DNA of 63,873 nucleotides, counting the filler, from Bipalium vagum (taxonomy: Eukaryota): NCBI GenBank assembly GCA_037834085.1. It is 3 parts of 3 records of this genome, joined end to end, with 100 filler letters (N's around TTAATTAATTAA, not from the genome) between each part and the next. Parts side by side here need not be neighbours in the genome. Positions count along the whole stretch, not along the records: positions 46,883 to 63,873 come from JBBMKC010083548.1; 2 more parts are not named here. The stretch is one strand, 5' to 3'. Below are positions 54,401 to 63,873 of the stretch, in pieces. Numbering within the stretch: the stretch's first letter is position 1; each line of letters starts with the position of its first letter. The notes under the pieces were generated by a model, which was given only the letters and a program-made list of their open reading frames with translations, had not been told where the DNA came from and did not search any database. The position numbers and the translations under genes are program-made.

Positions 54401-56041
54401 GAATAGAAAAAATCTTTAAAACAAATTGAATATACAAAAAGAAATTGTAAAAATATTTAAAAGTTAATAGTTTTGTGATCAAGGTTTAATTTTTACTTAT
54501 TTATTTTCTATAATTTCGAAAATATTGAAAAATAATTTAATAATCTCTGAAAGACGTACTTAATATTTTTTCTTCGTCAATCTGATAACTACATTTTTCA
54601 GACAAACAGTTTTCGAAAATCGGTATGTGAATCAATGAAATATTAAAAATAATAATATCAAATAAAATAATGAATTCTGTATGCAGCACTTAAAAAATAA
54701 TGTCATGATTTTGAATAATATTATTCCCAACTCATTTAATTATAATGATTTTTAGAATTATATATTATTCTAAAAATAATAAATGAATGATCAATTTAAA
54801 TGAAATATTTCTCTTATATCTCTTGACTTATTTAATATCAAAGGTCATTTTCACAAAGTAAAATACATTGATTTTTTTCAAACAAAATCTCAAAGAAAAT
54901 AATTCAAGATTCACTTATCATTAGTTTATTAAAGAAATATTTTGAAACAAATAAATAGGAACTGCTGAAAAGAACAAAAGGAATTAAAGAAAATGAAAAT
55001 TTTATTGCAAAATCTTTTATTGAAAAGATGAATGAAAAAATAAGAAATATTTAATGTTTTTAAAAATCAATAGTTCTGATTTAACAATAATATAACAAGA
55101 ATTTTTAAAAATTCAATTTTTCTAAATTTTAATAATAACAATAATATTTATAATAAATTCTATTATATTATTATTAATTATTATACAATAATAACAATAA
55201 GCATTATAATGAAAATGAAAAAAATAGTAATAAGATTATTACTATTACTACAAAAATAATTAAAATTAAAATAACTATTATTTTTATCATTAAAAAATTA
55301 AGAACAAATAATGTATTAAAATTTCAGTAATAAAAAATTATGTAAAAGGGAATAATTAAATTTTAATAATATTGAATAAGCAAAAAAATATTATTATACA
55401 TGAGTTATTTAAAGATTCAATTAAAACCATATTTTTATCATTAAATTAAGTTTAATGTGGAAGTATAGAAGCAGTTATTTAAGCTGAAATTACATATTCT
55501 GATTTCTTCATCTAAAACCTCGAGATAGTTGAAGACTCGTAGTTTTTTAACAAAGTAACTTACTTTTACTTTGATATTTTCAATTTCTATAAAAGACAGA
55601 ATCACATTAACAGCTACCAACATCAAACAATTTTTGCATCAAAACAAAGCTAAAAATAGATGTTTTCACAACATTAATAGCTATAATTTTATTTATCAAA
55701 CTAGATTTTCAATGTTGATAACTTCTTAATCAGATTTCAATTTTTAACATACTTGCAGCATATGAGAAACGTCAAATAATCCACATCTTTCTCGAACCCA
55801 GTTGTGACTATCAATTATTGAATGAGATTTATACAGCAATGGCATTGAATATCCTGCAAATTCAACCATTTTACCATCACGACGAATATGAAAATCATAT
55901 AAACAAGTTTTGATTTCATTGAGAGACTAATTACATTAATAAAAAAATAAACAAATTTAAATAATTGTATACCGTGGAAAATCGGCTTGAAATTTGCGTC
56001 AAATTTTTTGACAATACAAATATAGACTTTTTAAAATATGC
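48452..56041 (-). CDS. AMT: Aminomethyltransferase (glycine cleavage system T protein), mitochondrial; start exon unresolved and 3' ~110 aa missing
   Basis: Exons: 56041-55973, 55926-55753, 52246-52034, 48954-48876, 48826-~48615, 48572-48452. Motifs: [82 protein letters not shown]. The N-terminus is basic and Ser-rich like a presequence. Confidence 0.93.
50330..51280 (+). mobile_element. Degenerate mariner in an AMT intron
   Basis: [11 protein letters not shown] ... [26 protein letters not shown]; many stops; ends approximate. Confidence 0.75.
52817..53772 (-). mobile_element. Mariner element with recognisable TIRs, internally decayed
   Basis: TA|TTAGGCTGTTCCATAAGTAATCTACCATTTT ... AAAATGGTAGATAACCTATGGAACAGCCTAA|TA; internal [14 protein letters not shown]. 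Confidence 0.92.
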
Positions 56042-56410
56042 CTAAAATAAAAATTTTGTAAATATTAGCTAAATAGAAATCTATGTATAAAATATTCAAA
56101 AACTATTTTTTTAACTTTCAATATATTGTAACCTTGAGAAAATAACAATATTTAAACAAAAGAATATAAAATTGTTTGATTGTTTTGAACCTTTCAAATT
56201 ATCTTCACTTTCAAACTAAAAATATGTATTTTGTTTTCGTTAAATGTTTATTTTTTGATTCTCATACTCATTCAGAAAACGAAATGTACCTCTTATTTTA
56301 TTCGTTGAAAATATATAAGAATGCTATTCTAAAAATTTATTGATAATGGTTAAATCAAACTCAGACTGATTTTAAACTCAGTGTTAATTTTTATGTGGCC
56401 ATTACTTTTA

Positions 56411-56987
56411 CAGGTTTATGCTGAAATATATAGAAAAATATATATAATTCTATTAAAAATATATCGAATATTATTCAGGAATATATAGAAAAAATATTCG
56501 ATTGTTTCTATTTGAATTTGTTTTCTATATCTATTTGTATCATTGTTTTGTCATCTGCTTTTTATTAAATCAAATTTACAAGCATTTTACGCTTCGAAAT
56601 CAAAGATGGATCTATCGGTGTAGAAAGTTTATGGACTTTATCAGTGACAAGCTATGCAATCATTTCGATCGAAATCCTGGGGATCTATTGATGATGAACA
56701 GTTACAGATTCCATCACCCCAAAGATGTTATTAAGTTGCTGACAGAACGAGGTATTGCTTACAGATTTCTGCCACCATACTTGGCTCAACTACAAGTCGC
56801 AAATATCTTCTTTTATGAGAACCATTATAGATCGGGACGATTTATAAAAATTAATTACCCAAGTACTCATGCATGACGATATCGATTTTTGCAACATGAG
56901 GCAGTTTATAGAAAAAGCCTTGGCAAGGCATGAACTTATGTAGTGTACATTTCTGAATATTTTTCTATATATTTCTGCAAAACCCTG
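56411..56987 (+). mobile_element. IS630/Tc1-like non-autonomous element
   Basis: TIRs CAGGTTTATGCTGAAATATATAGAAAAATAT / ATATTTTTCTATATATTTCTGCAAAACCCTG with TA flanks. ORF 56502-56876 has LMMNSYRFHH..RFLPPYLAQL (MDNARFH..FLPPYSPQLNPIE-like). Confidence 0.88.
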
Positions 56988-57879
56988 TATATAAATTTCA
57001 TTATAATTTAAGCTACTCAATTCTTAAAAATTATAATTGTATGAAACTCAGTAAATATTTTTCTTGGTGTGCTTATTTACGTTTATGATTTAATATTAAA
57101 AATCCATAAGTATTGCTTATAACATAATACAAAAATCTTACACACGAGAATCTGAACTAATTTCCAACTAGATAGAAGTTCTTCAGGTATTATGTATACC
57201 GAATGAAGTTACATATTTTGGAAACTTTAGATAATCAGATCTCAAAACAATGGTTATCTAATTTACCTCATTTTATGTCTGTAAAACTTGAGGAATTTAG
57301 CAAGTATAAATGATGTTCCATCAATTATTAAAAACTAAAATAATTTTTCATGTTTATTCTATTGTAATTGAATTTCTGTGTTAAAAATAAAAAATTCGCT
57401 TGCCTTAATATATGTTCTTATCTTCAAATTTCTTTATCATGGTATTAGTTAACGTACTGTATAGTAAAATAAAAATTTACATAATACTGTGAAGCATCCC
57501 AAAATAAACAATCAAACTTTGAACCGACATTTAACATTAATAAACATTTTGATTTTATTTTTTCTCATTATTCATGTAAAGATTTATAGATGATTGTCAG
57601 ATAAATTCTCTTTTAAATAATAATAATAATTATTATTATTATTGATATTATTATTAATTATAAATCATTATTAGAAAAACAAATAAAGAATTTATATAAA
57701 AAATAAAAATAGAAAATAAATATTATTAAAAATAGAAAACAATAGAAATAAAATTATATAGGTTGTTAAAAATTAATATTAGATAAATAAAAGTATAGTA
57801 ATTTCTAAAAAAGGAAATTATATATTACTAAAAATAAAAATGTATAAAAAATAAATAATATAAAAAGGTTTACCTAAGA

Positions 57880-58220
57880 GCATAAAGGACACACAACAAA
57901 AAAGAGGAAACAGCTAGCCTCAACAGATCAGAGGAATAACAAAGATCATCTTCTCGGAAAACAGTTCATAGAAAGACATAGGTACCGTAACGTCCACAAT
58001 ATAAATCAAATGACAATCACTTCATCAATATTCCAATAATTTGCATAATATCGAATTCCAGATCAACAAGGTCAGAAACATTCCAGACACAATTTACATA
58101 ATCGACATTCCTCAATTTTGTATAAAAGCAGAACTGTTTATAGTAAAGAGAGCATAATTTCTAAAGCTTACACGGCACGGAAGAATCAGTAATAAAGTTC
58201 GGCATCAAAAGAAAACTAGG
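57880..58220 (+). mobile_element. Possible non-LTR RT fragment
   Basis: A/C-rich strand; KRGNS*PQQIRGIT...NLHNIEFQI...IYIIDIPQF loosely follows early RT motifs. Confidence 0.35.
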
Positions 58221-58579
58221 TAAAAATTCATAACAGTATTATCATTATTATTATTATTTCTACTTTACTATCATATTTTTAATTAATTCTTACTCTGTGA
58301 GTACAGAAGTATAAATCACATTTTAATTAAATCACATTTAATTAAATCAATCAATCTACAATTTGCGCAATCTTAACCGATTGACGTGAATTTTCTAATT
58401 AAATCTTCGGCTCTTTTTTGGAATAGGAACGCACTTACTATTGGCTGACAGTAAGTTCGTTCCTATTGGATAAGTATGATTTCAGATTTTAACTTATTTT
58501 AGATTTTTTATGATTTATGAATTTGAATAAGTATTCTTAGATTGTGATTTTATTATGATTTCAGATTTTGAGAAATATA

Positions 58580-59160
58580 AAGGTCCTCCTTAGGACCACA
58601 AAAAAGTACCAAATCTTCGTATAAATAATTACTCGGTGCTTCACCGAGTAATCAAATAAAAGTTTTTAGTTTTTTCCATTTCTTTCTATTTGGTTTAAAG
58701 TTTACACAGCAGCTAGCTGGTAAACTTCCTGAGGGCTTTAACACACTAGGCTAAGCCTGTGTTTAAAGATTCTGATAAGTCAGCACAAAATCTCAGCAAC
58801 CCTTGTAAATAAAACTTTGTCAAAGAATTGATTTATCAATAAAGATATCGTTTAAAAAGTGTGTTTTCTTAGTTTATTTTTGATCGACTTTTAATCTTGT
58901 GTCAGTGATTATTATTTAGTGCTTCAACGTTCATCCGTAAATCCTTCTGATAGCACAAACTTTGTTAAGTAACCTAAAAGCCCAAGATAAGTTTTTATAA
59001 AATCAACCATCCTTTTAGGAACTTAACATAATGATATTAAAAAATTTATTAACATCTATCGGTTTATAATCCATAAGTGTAAGATTTCTGATAATTTATT
59101 TAATGACATTAATGGCCTTAAACATTCAAGCAAATTTACTCAAACCATGGGAATCATATA
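58580..59160 (-). mobile_element. Possible non-LTR retroelement remnant with a structured end
   Basis: Minus frame YDSHGLSKFA*MFKAINVIK*IIRNL resembles the RT AYDSVxH region; adjoins a hairpin array at 58582-58796. Confidence 0.3.
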
Positions 59161-59354
59161 TTATGATAGATAAAAATAATACATTAAAAATCTATATCTA
59201 GTTAAAATTATGTTGATTAAATTCTCTTTTTTTTAGTTGAGGAATATTTTCATACCGTTTTGAAAAATTGTATTTAAAGTACTAAAAAATTACTCACAGC
59301 TTTTATTTTATAACACATTTATTATAGAAAATCTAGTCTATGGTATAATTTCCA

Positions 59355-59420
59355 AGATTGGCGGTCGTAGACCAATCTCTACGACTATATAAGGCAAAGG
59401 CTATCTCTAGAAAGTCGATA
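59355..59420 (+). repeat. Third fragment of the LTR-like promoter core
   Basis: GATTGGCGGTCGTAGACCAATCTCTACGACTATATAAGG closely matches 44049-44087. Confidence 0.85.
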
Positions 59421-62400
59421 AAAATAAAAATTGCGGGAAAATTATTGATATTGATATATCTGGGAAGATTATTTGGTTTCTAAGAAAGTTAATTTAAGAA
59501 TTTTAAAGATTGGTTTTTTAGAAATTTATTTTAAAGAAAATTTATAAGACCGATTATTCGAAAAATTTATTTTCAAAGTAATTTTATTTTTTAAATTATG
59601 TTCACATTGTTTATTTCAGACCCCCATGAAATCCTACGGGTAAAAAATTATTTTAAAACTTTATTATTATACGTGTATATATATTTTTTCCAGATTGTCA
59701 CTATCCCGAAGAGACTGCGACTACCACAAAAAAATGAAGCTTTGTAAATTTTAATATAATACTATAATTTTGACTTTTATTATTATTTCAATTAACAAAA
59801 AATTTATTATACTTTTTAATCAAATTTCGATCATCAAAAAATGTTACGTGCAACTTTTGATACAATTATCTCAAAAATAAAGAAAATCACAATGAAACTT
59901 AATTATATCTTAAAATGAATAAAATCAAGATGAAACACAGAAATTTAATTGTCACTGAAATTGTTTTTCATTGAGGTTGGTTGGAATTTTAAGGTCTTTT
60001 GAAAATTTGATGACAAACTCATTTCTGTTTTTTGGATGATTCCCACATAAACAAAGTACTATCATAAAATAGTTAATATCGAAACCATTTAAAAATCAAA
60101 GACCACATAGATTATAGAAATTTGTATTCATATAAATGAAAACACATCTTAGAATAATTCTTAAATATTTTCACAGGTTTATTAAATCTAATATTGATTT
60201 ATTAAATTATATTTTCTTTTTTTAATTTTAAAATTCAGATTGAGGAATTTTAAAGGAAAATATTCTTAAAACTTGCACCAATCAGCAACCGGATTGGTCG
60301 GATGACTTACAGATATGAAAAATATTATATGAAAACTTAACGAATTGAATAGTTACCTATTGTGTAGTAGATTTTAATTATTATGTGGAGACTCCAGACC
60401 CGGTCCCAAATTCGTCGGCTCAATATAGTACAAAGACAAAATAACAATATTCTTGTGTTTTTATTGTTTACAAATATAATTTTTATTTTATGTGAGAGTT
60501 AAAACCCGGTTTATTTTTAATTATTTTTCTTATTTGTTTAAATAATATAAAATACAAAATTAAATAAAAAATTATATAAAAATTATTATGATAATTATAA
60601 TTAATTAAAAAATAATCATTTTGATGATTAATTTTGTAAAATATTCGGAAAAAATTGTTTAGTAACATAAGGTAACATAAATAATTTTTTCCATAAAAAT
60701 TTTAATAAACATTATTATAAATATAATTATACAATAATATTTTAGAAAATAATTTAGGTAGTAGCATAAAGTTACTATAATTAATATAATTAAATAAAAT
60801 AATATAAACAATAGAATTATTGGACAAAAAGAAGAAAAATATAATCCAGAAGTTGGAGGTGTAATATCGTAAAAGGAGAAATTGTATCAAAACCCGCAAA
60901 TTTTTGTATATAATTAATTAGACAGCATAATATTAGTCTCAAGGATTAAAATTACTAGCACAATTCTAGAAGAAATAGATACCAGCAAAAATTTTCGTTG
61001 AAGAAAAAATAGAAACCAGCACAATTATAAGAAAAAGTATAAATTCAACCCCCATTCTGAATCTAAAAAACGTCAAACTGCAACAATTCATAAAACCAAA
61101 AAGGAGAATCAAGTCAGCAACAGTATTCCGTAATTCGAAAGATAACGATTATTGCAATAAGTAAATTTTATTTTCATTCATTCATTAGGGAATTTGATTA
61201 CAAATTCCACTAATTAATTAAAAATTGAAAAAGAATTTTTTTACCATATAATGACAAATACGCAAACAAAAAATTTTATGTAATAAATTAAGAATATAAC
61301 ATCAAGATTTAACATGGCATAAAACAGTGAAAATTCATATTATTTTAAATATTACTATTGCCGAGATCGACTGAATTCCATAAATATCTCAATTCAAGTT
61401 TTAATTGTTTTGTTTATAGTATAAATTATCTAATAACTTATAATTTATAAGCACTTATTCTTCTATTCTAATAGTAATAGTTTTTCTGGACTAGCTTATT
61501 TTTTTTAAAATATTTTTCACTTCTCCACTCTATATCACAAACTCCCAACATACATTTTTTACAAACTCCTAAGGTAGAAGGTCTTCTACATTGAGTAATA
61601 TACAATCCGTTTCAAGCCTGTTCGCATCCATATAAATTATAAAAATTACAGAAAAGTCATTTGAAAACCCAAAAGGAAGAAACATTTAAAAACAGTAAGT
61701 TTATTTTTAGTTCGTTGAGTAAAATGTCATCTTTATAATAGAGGACACTTTTCGTGGCATGGAATCAACGAGTCTGAGACATAAGGCAGTATCTATGATA
61801 TACCAAATCTTTTGTAACTCCATTCACATTTATTTTCAAACAATATTAAACAATTTGGTGACCAACATGGCGAAAATATGACGAAAAAAATGAAGAATGA
61901 ACAATTTTTAGAAATTATTGTCAACCAAATCAATACATTTGAAGAAATAAAATTAAATCTGGATAATTTCATAAAGGATTTAGCCCTAGCAAGAAATGAA
62001 ATCAAAAGAGAAAATACTGAAAATGTCGTCCTTCTTAATCGTATAAATCCAATCAACGAGGCAATAACTAGATCTAACGATTGTTTAGATAATATTAAAA
62101 TTGATCTTAAGGCAGTTAAAAAAAAGAAATTTCCGCTAATATATAAACACTGGCAGAATATTACAATCAATCATTCGATAACTCCAAAAAAGATTTCGAT
62201 GCATTTTCTCTTTTGAATAGGAAAATATCTAGCATGAAAATAAATTAGATAGTGCCAGAATTGGACAAATTTGAATCTCATAAATGAAACTTGTTTAGTT
62301 CACATTCGTCATTCTTTTTGATCTTTATGAAATTCCACAAATTTTCACCCGGAGAATTTGCAGGCCAATTTAACATATCGACATGACGTTCACTTAGAAA

Positions 62401-62579
62401 AGATAATTTTCATGCTGTCGCTAACTTCCTTATACAAAAATATGTTATCATATTTATTTTATTATTATAATTAAAACAGAAATCGATAGACTGTTGTTTT
62501 AACATTGTAATATATATAATTGGATAATTTAGCGAAACAGCAACAATTAAAAAGCAAAATAGTAGCGTAATTTATAATT

Positions 62580-63400
62580 TATTTTTATTAGTATTTATTT
62601 TTAGATGACAAATTTAAGTTTTGGACAAAGACTTTATTCTCAAAGAATGGTGGTAAACCAATAAGTATTCAAAACTGGTAATGGAAGAATTTGGCAAACA
62701 ATTCCCAGTACAACCAACTCCAGAAAATGCATGGTTTAGCAAAAAAAATTGATGAATCTGGATCTGTGACTGATAATAAGAAAAAAGGTCTTCCAAAAAC
62801 CGCTTCTAACAAAAAAGCGGTGAAAGAAATATATGATTCTAATCCTAAAATGTCCCAAATTCAAGCTAGTCAGAATGAGTTTCTGGGTATAAGCTGTTGG
62901 TAATCCCCATCTTATTGTTCAAAGTAATAATCTATCACAAGGAATTTATGTATGAGGAGCAGTGAGATCATGTAGTATTTTTGGACCATAATCTTTCAAT
63001 TGTAATGTGAAGTCTGAAAAGTATCTAAGAATGATTGGAGAATTTATCATGCCTTAGTTGAATGGAGATAAAGTATGAATGCAGGATGGGACACCCCATT
63101 ATGGTCATTTTCGTGAATTTCTGAATGCCTTATTTGACGAATGGATTGTTAGACGAAAAACACTTGAATGGCTTCCAAGATGACTTAACTTCATGTGTGG
63201 TATACTAGAAGAACGTGTATATGCCAAAAACATTCAAGATATTCTTCATTTTGACAACTAATAACTGAAAAAATTCAAAATATTAAGCAACAATAAAAAA
63301 TTATGTATTTAGTCTTGAAGAGATTTCAGAATTCTTAAATGTGAAGGACAATATTTCGAACAGATTATAGTTTATTTTATTTTTTTGTTACATTTTTTAA
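62580..63400 (+). mobile_element. Tc1/mariner-superfamily remnant (DUF4817-type HTH, DD41D-like)
   Basis: LAKKIDESGSVTDNKKKGLPKTA ... MQDGTPHY..FREFLNALFDEWIVRRKTLEWLPR*..GILEERVY. Confidence 0.75.
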
Positions 63401-63873
63401 TGTTCAAATAAATGTCTATCGGGTTTTGTCTGTGATTAATTTCGGGAATTTTTTTAGTGTGAAAACAAAGACTCAAGGATTCTAGTAAGAATTTATTTCT
63501 TATCATACTATTACTTATCGTAATAGTTAGTTATTTATTATTCAGTGTGGGAAATCATCAATATGAAAGTAATTTATTTTTCCTTTTAGACAAAACACAC
63601 CGCCGGACAGGTCACGCTTCAAGAATATGCATAAGACTTAACCTTTAATTTGCCCTTTTTTTAAGTAATTTAATTTATTATTAAGTATATATATTGCTGT
63701 TTGAGGAACTGTCAGTATTTTAACAAATTTACTTCAAAAAGTTTCTACCATTAACGATATTACTATTAATTGTGTATGGTTAGCGTTCTTCATGTGATAT
63801 TTATATATTAGTTTTAGACCCTGTTAAGTATTGATAAATTTTTACGTGGAAAAGATCTGTCTTCACTTACAGA

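Overview
Very AT-rich eukaryotic DNA with ~45-60 nt minimal introns, (ATT)n microsatellites and many decayed DNA transposons; this style suggests a planarian flatworm, but that is inference. Three spliced genes were reconstructed by hand. (1) A complete 15-exon DIP2 on + (2873-24360, ~1696 aa). (2) A long-type MRP1/ABCC transporter on - (42031-29061) covering only TMD0-TMD1-NBD1, with a GC-AG intron and an in-frame TAG just before the ETGSV linker motif. (3) Glycine-cleavage T protein AMT on - (56041-48452), lacking its last ~110 aa and with no obvious start exon. ABCC and AMT each run toward a 100-nt artificial N-TTAATTAATTAA-N linker, so their 3' ends may be hidden and adjacency across the linkers is unproven. 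Introns and intergenic DNA hold mariner, Tc1/IS630-like, maT, Tc2/pogo, piggyBac, integrase and non-LTR RT remnants and a tRNA-Ala-derived element. Most notable unexplained signals: a ~400-bp palindrome of head-to-head LTR-like arms with two outward-facing TATA boxes (43790-44193); a cryptic intron that would give DIP2 a new ~76-aa tail with a MAPK-docking-like motif; a GC-rich multi-helix RNA-like island (27291-27560); and a possible spliced-leader-donated start codon for AMT. No confirmed novel system can be claimed from sequence alone.
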